Source: an archaeon (GTDB lineage: Archaea > Micrarchaeota > Micrarchaeia > CAILAH01). From it: a stretch of 64,000 nucleotides of DNA. Shown one piece after another: positions 10,166-18,925 of the stretch. The stretch covers positions 3,897 through 67,896 of the forward strand of contig JAJSAH010000020.1 in the NCBI GenBank assembly GCA_024274875.1, in the 5' to 3' direction. Every line of letters begins with the position of its first letter. Positions within the stretch are counted from its first letter, which is position 1. Under the pieces are notes generated by a model. It saw only the letters and a program-made list of their open reading frames with translations, ran no database searches and was not told the DNA's origin. The translations under genes and the position numbers were made by a program.

Positions 10166-10590
10166 ACCACCACTGATGCAATCGCCGCCACTTTAGGGAA
10201 CCTTTCAGCAATCTCCCTAGCAATCGCACCCTTAATCTCAGTTCCCTTAGGCAGCTTATTATCATCCACCAGCACAGCGGCGTTATCCTCAAACATCACA
10301 CGCGTGCCGTTGGCCCTTTTAAACTCTTTCCTTTGGCGGATTATCACCGCTTTCTCAATGTTTTTCCTTACCTTAGGGGAACCTTTTTTAACCGAAACTA
10401 CAACAATATCGCAAATGCCCGCAGAAGGGTACTTCGATTTTGTGCCCTTATATCCTATCTTCCCGATGATTTGAAGTATCCTTGCACCGCTGTTGTCATC
10501 GCACAACAATCTCGCACCAACAGGAAGAGGTTTTGTTATTTTTGAAGTAAGCGCTCTCATAAACATCCCCTTTGCTCTACTCTTTACCAA
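10162..10590 (-). CDS. rpl14: Ribosomal protein L14 (uL14)
   Basis: GARLLCDDNSGARILQIIG...ICDIVVVSVKKG. Confidence 0.95.
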   Translation of the reverse strand: MVKSRAKGMFMRALTSKITKPLPVGARLLCDDNSGARILQIIGKIGYKGTKSKYPSAGICDIVVVSVKKGSPKVRKNIEKAVIIRQRKEFKRANGTRVMFEDNAAVLVDDNKLPKGTEIKGAIAREIAERFPKVAAIASVVV

Positions 10591-10879
10591 TAACTACCCA
10601 ATTCTTCGTCTTGCTCAACCGCCTGCATTGTTTTAGCCGAACCACATCACCCACGCCAACATCCATGCATGGCGGAAGATGAGCATGAAGTTTTGAACGG
10701 TTTTTTGCGTACCTCTCATACTTAGGAACGTACAACAAATACTCGCGCTCGACGACAACTGTCTTCTTTGCGCCCTTGCTGACAACCTTTCCAGACACCT
10801 CTAAACCATACGTGCTTAAGTTGCCATGCACTGCGCATCGTTCATCATCGCATTCAACCATCTTAACACCTTTAATCAT
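10577..10879 (-). CDS. rps17: Ribosomal protein S17 (uS17)
   Basis: LSGKVVSKGAKKTVVVERE...GDVVRLKQCRRLSKTKNWVV. Confidence 0.9.
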   Translation of the reverse strand: MIKGVKMVECDDERCAVHGNLSTYGLEVSGKVVSKGAKKTVVVEREYLLYVPKYERYAKNRSKLHAHLPPCMDVGVGDVVRLKQCRRLSKTKNWVVIGKE

Positions 10880-10899
10880 ATGAATATGCGACTTATTTA

Positions 10900-10930
10900 A
10901 ACGGTCTAATATTTATATAAGTTATGCCGC
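10900..10930. promoter_or_regulatory. Putative BRE/TATA promoter for the S17-led r-protein operon
   Basis: aatatttatataagtt about 30 bp upstream of S17 start (minus strand); AT-rich 126-bp intergenic. Confidence 0.35.
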
Positions 10931-11005
10931 ATACCATTCGTAGATGTAATTAAAAAGAGAAGGTATTTTAAAACTAATGCCAAGAACTGCAAAAATATAT
11001 GAACC

Positions 11006-11206
11006 TCAAATCCTTGCAAGCTTAATGTCATCCTCAGTGACAGTTTTCCTTCCCGCGTGCCTTGCAAGCTTAATTGCGCGCGTTGCAATCTTAATAGCCT
11101 CTTCCTCTAAAACATCAGCAAGCGCTTCAACCGCTCCATCACTGACCCTCTCCGCGCCAGCACGCTTTATCAGGCGCTCAATGGGTGCCCTGGGCAATTC
11201 TACCAA
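11006..11206 (-). CDS. Archaeal histone (HMf-like histone fold)
   Basis: 66 aa: ELPRAPIERLIKRAGAERVSDGAVEALADVLEE...ARHAGRKTVTEDDIKLA, classic archaeal histone. Confidence 0.85.
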   Translation of the reverse strand: MVELPRAPIERLIKRAGAERVSDGAVEALADVLEEEAIKIATRAIKLARHAGRKTVTEDDIKLARI

Positions 11207-11250
11207 AATATCACCTATGTTTAATAATATATGGAAAGAATATAACCTTA

Positions 11251-12696
11251 ATGGTGCTCAAACAGGGCATACTGCCTCGAAAATACCAAACTGAGATAGC
11301 AGAGAACGTTTTACGCAAGGGAAACTCATTGATCGTGCTTCCAACCGGGTTGGGCAAGACATTAATAGCAATGCTTATCGCAGACAGATTGAGGAATAAA
11401 GGAAATGTGCTGTTCCTTGCGCCTACTAAACCGCTGGTAAACCAGCATGTTAAATCCTTCGCAGAGTGCATTGAAAACGCAGATGTGATCCCAATAACAG
11501 GAGAACTGCAAAAACAAAAGAGAAAAGATATGTGGAATGCGCATAACATTATCGTAGCAACTCCGCAAACGGTTGCAAGCGACATAGAACATATTGACAA
11601 GAGCAGGTTTGCACTAGTTATATTTGATGAGGTGCACAGAGCTGTGGGCAAATATGCATACTCGCTGATTGCAAAAGAGTTCAGGCCTTACGCGTTGCTG
11701 GTAGGATTAACTGCTTCACCAGGCGGCAAAAAAATCAAGATTGATGAGATCAAGAAAACGCTCGGAATAATAAATGTGGAAAGCAGGGATTATAGTGATG
11801 AAGATGTATCTAAATATGTTAAGCAGATGGATATAGAATGGATTGTTGCAGAGCAGGACCCTATCTATAAAAAAATCTCAAGCCGGCTGAAAGACCTCAC
11901 TAAATGGTACTTAAAGATGGTGAGGGGGTATGGGTTTAGAGTGGGAAGCACGCGAAAAAGCATGATAAGCGCGAGAACATCTATACTCAACAGTCCAATA
12001 AAATCAAAGTATCATGCCATTAAGTATTTGAGCGCAGCAATCAATCTGGATTATGCCGCTGAAATGGTTGAAACGCAGAGCATGAATGCATTTTTAGAAT
12101 ATGTTGATAACCTTAAATCAAGGGAAGGCAAAGGAGTCAAGATGCTGCTTAAAGATGGGAGATTTGAGCAGATAATAAAAGATGTGAAAAGCAATATGCG
12201 AACGCACCCTAAGATGAAAGTGCTGGCATCTATACTCAAACAAAACCCCAACTCAAAATACATCATTTTCTCGCAGTACACTGCTCAAATAAAACATATT
12301 CATAATACGCTAGAGCGCGAGGGATTTAAGTGCAAGATGTTCGTTGGGCAGCGGAAAGGGTTTACAAGAAAACAACAACTGGAAGTAATCAAGCAGTTCA
12401 GAGAAGGGATTTTCAATATACTTATAGCGAGTTCAATTGGAGAGGAAGGGCTCGACATACCTTCAGTGGATTATGTTATTTTTTATGAGCCCATCCCAAG
12501 CGAGATAAGGACTATACAGAGACGGGGCAGAGCAGGAAGGGCTAAGAAAGGATATGTTAGAATATTAATTGCCAAAGGGACAAGAGATGAAGCATACTAC
12601 TTTGTGGCAAAAAGAAAGGAGAAAAAAATGAAAGCAATAATAAAACAAATGGGAAAGAGAGAGAAAAGGACAGGAACATTAATCGATTTTATGTGA
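11251..12696 (+). CDS. Hef/FANCM-like (RIG-I-like) DEAD/DEAH-box helicase, helicase module only
   Basis: RKYQTEIAENVL...LPTGLGKT (motif I), DEVH (II), TASPGG (III), HelC QRRGRAGR; start set at internal Met to clear the histone gene. Confidence 0.7.
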   Translation: MVLKQGILPRKYQTEIAENVLRKGNSLIVLPTGLGKTLIAMLIADRLRNKGNVLFLAPTKPLVNQHVKSFAECIENADVIPITGELQKQKRKDMWNAHNIIVATPQTVASDIEHIDKSRFALVIFDEVHRAVGKYAYSLIAKEFRPYALLVGLTASPGGKKIKIDEIKKTLGIINVESRDYSDEDVSKYVKQMDIEWIVAEQDPIYKKISSRLKDLTKWYLKMVRGYGFRVGSTRKSMISARTSILNSPIKSKYHAIKYLSAAINLDYAAEMVETQSMNAFLEYVDNLKSREGKGVKMLLKDGRFEQIIKDVKSNMRTHPKMKVLASILKQNPNSKYIIFSQYTAQIKHIHNTLEREGFKCKMFVGQRKGFTRKQQLEVIKQFREGIFNILIASSIGEEGLDIPSVDYVIFYEPIPSEIRTIQRRGRAGRAKKGYVRILIAKGTRDEAYYFVAKRKEKKMKAIIKQMGKREKRTGTLIDFM

Positions 12697-12972
12697 GGAG
12701 CGAGATTGTTTAGAACAACCTTCTGAATAAACATCCATCTCTATGCGATACATTTTGCAATAAAAATCATCTCCCTCTTCATCGCACACGCGCTTGAACT
12801 CTTTAATGCTTCTTATGAGTTTTGCGCATTCAACAGCCATGCGCTCTTCGCTGTACTTCTTTATTAGTGGCCTATTCTGCGCTGCGCAACTGCCTACAAG
12901 CAGAGATGCTGATAGAAATAAAGAGGCCCTTCTGCGAGCCGATTTTCGCCTCTGAGCAAATGACTGTGCCAT
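12679..12972 (-). CDS. Small secreted/lipo-anchored hypothetical protein
   Basis: Signal-like RRASLFLSASLLVGSC; 6 Cys; no recognised domain. Confidence 0.3.
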   Translation of the reverse strand: MAQSFAQRRKSARRRASLFLSASLLVGSCAAQNRPLIKKYSEERMAVECAKLIRSIKEFKRVCDEEGDDFYCKMYRIEMDVYSEGCSKQSRSSHKID

Positions 12973-13059
12973 GCAAACATTTGCCTCATGCTATATTATA
13001 AACATTGCGAGCATGCAGTATGGAAATATATATATAGTTTAACATTAAGAAAGATTGGC

Positions 13060-13350
13060 ATGAGCATAAAACGCATCTTAGAAAAAAGGAACGGCCGCAT
13101 CGCGCGAAAGGGCGTGTTCAACAAGGCGAAGAATGATGCGGCTGAACGCGAGATGCATATTATAGATACTGCGCTCATAGTGGCGTGCTGGAAAGGAAAT
13201 TTAAACATGGCAATAGAAGCGATTAAAAACGGAGCAAACATAAATGCACAGGATATAGCGGGCACGAGCGCGCTTGAGTGGGCAAAAAAATCCGGCAATA
13301 AAGAACTAATTAAATACTTAAAAAGCAATGGAGCAAAAGATAAAATATAA
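13060..13350 (+). CDS. Ankyrin-repeat protein (2-3 repeats)
   Basis: TALIVACWKGNLNMAIEAIKNGANINAQDIAGTSALEWAKKSGNKELIKYL; TATA aatatatatatag about 30 bp upstream of the chosen Met. Confidence 0.6.
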   Translation: MSIKRILEKRNGRIARKGVFNKAKNDAAEREMHIIDTALIVACWKGNLNMAIEAIKNGANINAQDIAGTSALEWAKKSGNKELIKYLKSNGAKDKI

Positions 13351-13608
13351 TCATTTCAGCAAGAAGTCCAATGACGATTTGCCCTTTGGAAACACGATTA
13401 TGCCAGCGGCGCGTATCGGCAAGCCGACTTCGTTGCTTAAATTGGATAATTCGTGTATTCCTATCTGCCTTTCAGCAACCAACAGCTTGTATTTTCCAGC
13501 AGGGGAAGGTTCGGCGACCATTCGAAACACAACGCGCTGGTACATGCCGCTGCGCTTAACTCTCAACTGCACGCTCCCGCCTTCAACAAATTCCACAGAC
13601 ATGACCAT
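13351..13608 (-). CDS. Hypothetical protein, co-oriented directly downstream of RNase HIII gene
   Basis: 85 aa ORF, abuts rnh stop; no recognisable motif. Confidence 0.3.
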   Translation of the reverse strand: MVMSVEFVEGGSVQLRVKRSGMYQRVVFRMVAEPSPAGKYKLLVAERQIGIHELSNLSNEVGLPIRAAGIIVFPKGKSSLDFLLK

Positions 13609-14435
13609 TATTTCCTCTTAAGATATTTAAGCTTGCATACATTGCGCAAAAAACCTTCATCAAACTCAAGCATCCTTGAACGAGTTGCTTTGCCCAAATC
13701 TATGCCTGTTGATTGGCTGTGCGATAAAATCCACCTCATATACTCATGCTTAGCAATTATGCTTGCGCACGACACGCTTGGGTGGGCTTCCGCGCGCGGC
13801 TCGATCACTACATCTACTTCCTGCGAACCGAACACCTGTTTTATCTCGGAGATAAGCGTATCGCTTGCCTCACTGCCCCCAAACTTATCAATTATCACTG
13901 CACATCTTCCTTTAGAGAAAGGTGCGAGCGATGCGATGCATCGCATGTGAAGAGAAACCATAATCGAGGTTAAATTGTTGTTAAACTGCTTGTTAAAATC
14001 CCTCGGAGAGAGCATGCGCACGCTATGCTTAAACTTGCTTATCCTGGCAAAGACATCATTAATCTGAGATTGCGATAAAAGTTTGCTATCCATCGCACCC
14101 TGCAACCTCGCAAAAGCGCGCTCGCGTTTGCTTCTCAACAGAACAGAACCTACAACCAAAGGGCCCATAAATTCCCCCTTTCCAACCTCATCTGTCCCTA
14201 TTGTGCAACCGCTAAACGGGTCAACGCTCTCAAACATTCGAACAATGCTTTCGCTCAACTTCTCAGATGGAAATTTCGAGAAAACAACTTTTCCCGTGGA
14301 ATACACCACAATTAAATTGCCGTCATGCTCATACCTTGCCAGCTCATGCTTATTTGTTGGCGAACATCTTTTTCCGGAAGAAATCATGCGAATGAATAAA
14401 TTTATTTCATTGCCGTTGAGCTTAATTATATGCAC
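13608..14435 (-). CDS. rnhC: Ribonuclease HIII-type (RNase H type 2 fold with N-terminal TBP-like domain)
   Basis: GTDEVGKGEFMGPLVVGSV (HIII-style GxDExGKG-D/E-F/Y-x-GP), DSKLLS, SCASIIAK; about 80-aa N-term with VVYSTGKVVFSK like the HIII N-domain YxSGKLxxQG. Confidence 0.65.
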   Translation of the reverse strand: MHIIKLNGNEINLFIRMISSGKRCSPTNKHELARYEHDGNLIVVYSTGKVVFSKFPSEKLSESIVRMFESVDPFSGCTIGTDEVGKGEFMGPLVVGSVLLRSKRERAFARLQGAMDSKLLSQSQINDVFARISKFKHSVRMLSPRDFNKQFNNNLTSIMVSLHMRCIASLAPFSKGRCAVIIDKFGGSEASDTLISEIKQVFGSQEVDVVIEPRAEAHPSVSCASIIAKHEYMRWILSHSQSTGIDLGKATRSRMLEFDEGFLRNVCKLKYLKRK

Positions 14436-14656
14436 GCTTAAAAATATGTTGCAAATAATTTTAAGGCTTAATTATTTCATATGAGCTAAAACAGAGGAGA
14501 ATCGTTTTATTTAATAAAAACACGCTCTCAGAAGCCCTTTTCGGCAAAAAAACGATTTTTAAGAAGCAATTCAGAAATAAATCGCTCAAAACGATTTTTT
14601 TTGAAAAATAAGCATTAATAGAAATATTTAAATAAATTACAGCACTAAAAACTGAT

Positions 14657-15031
14657 ATGATTAAAGATGCATTAGTTTCAGCCTCAAAAAACACAGTTTT
14701 AGGGCGCCATATCGTTGCAGAAGCTGAAATAAGCGATCTGGACCTTTTAAATGATGAAAAGCGGCTTTTAGAGGCTATAACTATTGCATCAAAAAAGGCG
14801 GGGATGACTGTTATAAACGGGTCTTCGCACAGATTCAGTCCGCAGGGAGCCACAGCAATTGTATTGCTTGCTGAGTCGCACGTATCAATACACACTTGGC
14901 CAGAGTATAGTTATGCGGCTATAGATATATACACCTGCGGCAAAGATCCAGAGCCAATTATGGAAGAATTAAAAGGCCTCCTGCCCATACATTATACAAA
15001 GGTGATGGTTATTGACAGGGGGCCAGAATGA
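14657..15031 (+). CDS. speH: S-adenosylmethionine decarboxylase proenzyme (pyruvoyl-dependent)
   Basis: LAESHVSIHTWPE self-cleavage/active-site motif; about 124 aa. Confidence 0.85.
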   Translation: MIKDALVSASKNTVLGRHIVAEAEISDLDLLNDEKRLLEAITIASKKAGMTVINGSSHRFSPQGATAIVLLAESHVSIHTWPEYSYAAIDIYTCGKDPEPIMEELKGLLPIHYTKVMVIDRGPE

Positions 15032-15887
15032 ATTCTGCATCGTTGAAAAGAACAACCATGTCTCGCATGTTATCCCGTTTTCGCTTGTTTCGCATGTAAA
15101 ATCGCAATACCAAGACATAAAAATTGCAAGCAATAATAAGTATGGGAAATGCCTAATACTTGATAATGCAATTCAGCTTGCAGAATATGATGAATTCATG
15201 TACCACGAATTCCTTGTCCAACCTGCGATGCATATCTCTAAACCAAAGAGAGCGCTTGTGCTTGGGGGTGGAGACGGATGCGCATGCAGAGAGATGCTTA
15301 AACATGAATCAATTGAGGAAATCGTGCTTGTAGATATAGACAGAGATGTTGTGCAGCAGTGCAAAATTCATATGAATGATATAAATAATGGCTCGCTTGA
15401 TGATGATAAAGTGAATATAATCATAGGAGATGCAATAGAGTATGTGGAAACTTGCAATGAAAAGTTTGATGTGATTATATCTGACATCACGGATCCAGAT
15501 ATGGTAGGAGATTACTTTTACAGTGAAGAATTCGTAAGCAAGTGCAAAAACGTGCTGAGCGATGGAGGGGTTTTTGCAACGCAGGCAGGCATGCTGTCGT
15601 ACGAAGAGAATATAGCAAGGACAATATTCGATAAAATAGGAAAACTATTCAAGCATTCAGTATTATATTCTTCGCCATACATCGGCTCATTCAACTCAAC
15701 ATGGGGATTTGTCGTGTGCTCTGACGCGTTTGGAGTGAAAGAATGCAGGAAGGTTGAAATCAAGTGCAGGATATTCTCTGAGCAGATGCACTCAGCGATG
15801 ATTTGCTTAGCAAATGCAATCAAAGGAAACAAAAAATATGATGAAAATAAATATTATGAGAGAAGCTGCAAAGAGATTAACCTATAA
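15012..15887 (+). CDS. speE: Spermidine synthase / polyamine aminopropyltransferase
   Basis: ALVLGGGDGCACRE, DVIISDITDP; forms speH-speE pair. Confidence 0.85.
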   Translation: MTGGQNEFCIVEKNNHVSHVIPFSLVSHVKSQYQDIKIASNNKYGKCLILDNAIQLAEYDEFMYHEFLVQPAMHISKPKRALVLGGGDGCACREMLKHESIEEIVLVDIDRDVVQQCKIHMNDINNGSLDDDKVNIIIGDAIEYVETCNEKFDVIISDITDPDMVGDYFYSEEFVSKCKNVLSDGGVFATQAGMLSYEENIARTIFDKIGKLFKHSVLYSSPYIGSFNSTWGFVVCSDAFGVKECRKVEIKCRIFSEQMHSAMICLANAIKGNKKYDENKYYERSCKEINL

Positions 15888-17399
15888 AAATGCCTCCACA
15901 TCTTCCTTCTTCTGCTCCAACTCCTTTTCATAATCCCTTGCAAGAGATTCAAGGTTAGGAGATTCAAAAGCAAAATCTGCATTGCGCTTTCTAACTTTAA
16001 CAAACACTGGTTGCACAACTGCTTCGCCTACCAAAAGCGCTTCGCCCGTTTTCAATGAAGTTATGCTGTCAAGCATATACTTATCGATCCCTTCGCTGCT
16101 TTCCCCGATATGCTTTATGTCATAAGGGTTAGTTACGCGCATAATTACATGTGTATTGCATTGCGATAATGCTGTTGTGCTTAGTTTTACCGGACGCTGT
16201 GAAATCAAGCATATAGATGCGCCAAACTTCCTCCCTTCGCGCGCTATCAACTCAATCTCGTATTTAGAAAGCATGTCTTCCTTCTTTACCTTTTCGCCGG
16301 CAAAATTATGGGCTTCTTCGATAACTAGTATGAAAGGAGGAATGCGCTTCTTCTTAACCGCTCTGAACAACCTGCGCGAATAATACGCAACGAGCAGCTG
16401 TTTTTTCTTGATGCTGTCAACATTTTTCATATCTATTATGCTTACCTTGCCTGGCTGAACAAGAGAAGTTATTGAAGGATCATCAACCTTCCCGAGCAAT
16501 CTCATTCTTTGCATGCTGTTTAAATGCTCAGCAAGAGTGTCGCGCGATTGAGCAGTTTTTTTATCGCTTTCAGAGAGTATGCAATTGATAAGATCTCTCA
16601 AAGTGAATAGCTTGCGCTCCGTCCTAGCTGACTTTTTTAAAGAACGAAGCTCAGTATTAAGTATGCGCTTCTGCGGACCGCTCAAAGAATTGTAAAATGG
16701 AAACATGTCTGCAGAAAGATTCTTCAGCCCAATCTTTATTTTTGATGCATCATGCACAACTACATTTTTTGAGTAGATGCTGTTTTTCATATGTGCGTAC
16801 TCGCCATGCACATCTATCACAACTACACCAACTCTTCCGTGCTCCTTCTTTCTGCTCAGAAGTTCTTCAAGCAGAACGCTCATTAAATAACTTTTGCCTG
16901 CGCCGCTCATTGCAAGTATTGCTACATGCTTCTGAAACAATTTTGATAGGCCAAGCTTAACATTTGTATTATGATTTAAAAGTGTTCCTATATTGAGGCC
17001 GTCTTGTTTGAATCCTAAATATTTAGATAACATTTCATCTTCAACGCTGCGCACATCATTGCCAGGTGAGGGGGGAAAAGAGCATCTATGGAGCATAGAA
17101 CCATCAAACACACCGATTATGCCTGCTTCTGCAATTGTATAACTCCAATCTGAAACCGGAAACTGCGAGGACAACATCCCTATGCGTTCATACTCCGCCA
17201 CGCTTTCAGCGCGTTCAAAATACCTGTTTGAGCGGAATATGTCTTTAACTACTGCAATCAGCGTCCCGTTTTCATGTTCAAGCTTGATGAACTGACCTTT
17301 CTTTACAGCATTCACTGCATCATCATTAATTACAAATGCAAACCGTGTTGTGTTCGGGCTGTCGGCAAGAGATATAACTGTTCCAAGCTTGCGGACCAT
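15882..17399 (-). CDS. herA: HerA-like (DUF87) FtsK/HerA-superfamily ATPase
   Basis: N-terminal HAS-barrel-like region, Walker A AMSGAGKSYLM, Walker B VVVIDVHGEY, C-term ISQRP; no adjacent nurA. Confidence 0.6.
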   Translation of the reverse strand: MVRKLGTVISLADSPNTTRFAFVINDDAVNAVKKGQFIKLEHENGTLIAVVKDIFRSNRYFERAESVAEYERIGMLSSQFPVSDWSYTIAEAGIIGVFDGSMLHRCSFPPSPGNDVRSVEDEMLSKYLGFKQDGLNIGTLLNHNTNVKLGLSKLFQKHVAILAMSGAGKSYLMSVLLEELLSRKKEHGRVGVVVIDVHGEYAHMKNSIYSKNVVVHDASKIKIGLKNLSADMFPFYNSLSGPQKRILNTELRSLKKSARTERKLFTLRDLINCILSESDKKTAQSRDTLAEHLNSMQRMRLLGKVDDPSITSLVQPGKVSIIDMKNVDSIKKKQLLVAYYSRRLFRAVKKKRIPPFILVIEEAHNFAGEKVKKEDMLSKYEIELIAREGRKFGASICLISQRPVKLSTTALSQCNTHVIMRVTNPYDIKHIGESSEGIDKYMLDSITSLKTGEALLVGEAVVQPVFVKVRKRNADFAFESPNLESLARDYEKELEQKKEDVEAFL

Positions 17400-17465
17400 A
17401 AAACAAGTTAGGGTGAATACCTATTTAAACAAAACGCAAGCGCATTTCCAATAAAAAAGAAAAAA

Positions 17466-18878
17466 TTAGTTTTTCTTGCGAAGCAGGAATGCCAACAACG
17501 GCGGGGAGAGTAAAGTGGTCAAAATCACCATAACTACGATTATGGAAAACAGCTGGCTGTTGATTACACCTAAATTTTTGCCGATCATCGCGAAAATAAG
17601 GCCTACTTCGCCGCGTGGCACCATGCCTACGCCAACCATAAGCTTATCTACGCCTTTGCTCGCCGCTATGCCAGCAACCACTTTGCCTATGAAAGCAACA
17701 GCAGTTATCGCAAGAGCGAGCATCAATATCTGCGTATCAAATAATGTTTGCAGCTCAACGCTCATCCCAGTAACTACAAAGAACACCGGCACAAGAAAAT
17801 AACTCACAGGTTCAATTAAATCCTCTATATGTTTTTCGGAATGTTTCTCAAGCACCCTGCTAATCTTTTCTCTTGTGCTCTGGCTAGCTGACTTTATTGC
17901 ACCCTTCACATCATCAACAAACGCTGGGTTCTTGAAAAACTTGAAGTGCACTGGATCCAAAATCAGCCCTATTGCAAATGCGCCAACTATGGGCGCCAAC
18001 CCAATCATTTGCGCAAGGTATGCAAAAATGAGGCAAAACGCGATCGCAACAGTGAATTTCATAGGTATGCCTGCATGTATTTGCGAGAATGCTTTGTTAA
18101 AGAACGGTGCGAAATACTGGCCAAGCGCAATTGAACCTCCAAGGAAAAGCACGGCTTTAAGCACTATGAAACCTATGTCTGCAAATCCAACTGCGCCAGT
18201 GGTAACGATTGCTGAAACAACAGCAAGTATTATCAGTCCCATCACATCATCTATAACTGCTGCGCCCAAGATTGTCTGCGCTTCGGGAGTTTTTAGTTTT
18301 CCAAGGTCTCTGAACACCCGTGCAGTGATTCCCACTGATGTTGCAGTCAGCGCGGCGCCCAAGAACAAGTATGCATTATCAGAAAGCCCAGGAAACACTG
18401 CTGGACCAACAACATATGTTCCAAGCACAAACGGAGCAATCACTCCTATGAGAGCAACTAAAAATGCGCTTACGCCAACCTTTTTCATTTCGTGAATGTT
18501 CGATTCGAGACCTATTTGAAACAGAAGAATAACAACGCCCAGTTCAGAGAGAAACAGTATGATGCTGTCAGTTTTTATCGGCTCAAAAAATGTAATGCCA
18601 AAAAGCACCAAGTTTCCTAAAATCAAACCTATAACAAGCTCTCCGAGAACTGTGGGTTGGCCAAAACGTTCAACGAATCCTGCAATTTTTGCAGCAATGA
18701 GTATGACTGCAATCCATAAGAAAGTCAATGCAGCGCCAGACCCATGGCCTTCCACATCCTGTTCGCTAGTGTTGCCGTGTTCAGCAGAAAATGCAAGCGA
18801 ACAGAGCAAAAGAATTGCCAATACTCCAAACAATTTGCTCATGCAACCACTCCTTTCAAAGATGCGGTATTTCTGCAA
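17466..18878 (-). CDS. Cation:proton antiporter (CPA2, Na+/H+ exchanger family)
   Basis: Signal peptide plus about 12 TM; GELVIGLILGNLV...LSELGVVILLFQIGLES. Confidence 0.8.
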   Translation of the reverse strand: MQKYRIFERSGCMSKLFGVLAILLLCSLAFSAEHGNTSEQDVEGHGSGAALTFLWIAVILIAAKIAGFVERFGQPTVLGELVIGLILGNLVLFGITFFEPIKTDSIILFLSELGVVILLFQIGLESNIHEMKKVGVSAFLVALIGVIAPFVLGTYVVGPAVFPGLSDNAYLFLGAALTATSVGITARVFRDLGKLKTPEAQTILGAAVIDDVMGLIILAVVSAIVTTGAVGFADIGFIVLKAVLFLGGSIALGQYFAPFFNKAFSQIHAGIPMKFTVAIAFCLIFAYLAQMIGLAPIVGAFAIGLILDPVHFKFFKNPAFVDDVKGAIKSASQSTREKISRVLEKHSEKHIEDLIEPVSYFLVPVFFVVTGMSVELQTLFDTQILMLALAITAVAFIGKVVAGIAASKGVDKLMVGVGMVPRGEVGLIFAMIGKNLGVINSQLFSIIVVMVILTTLLSPPLLAFLLRKKN

Positions 18879-18925
18879 GGGAAAATATATTAAGATAACT
18901 AAGTGAATACTCTATTGCATTGAAC

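Noticed and set aside
14461-14895. 144-aa minus-strand ORF overlapping speH
   Set aside because: Low-complexity translation, antisense to a well-supported speH with the ESHVSIHTWPE motif.
15882-17399. HerA-like ATPase as the missing motor for the surface cluster
   Set aside because: It lies about 30 kb away on the other side of unrelated housekeeping genes, and nothing links it to the cluster. Treated as an independent HerA-family gene.
17476-18495. Plus-strand ORFs (108 aa, 206 aa) inside the antiporter gene
   Set aside because: Antisense to a 12-TM antiporter with clear family motifs; proline/threonine-rich junk translation.
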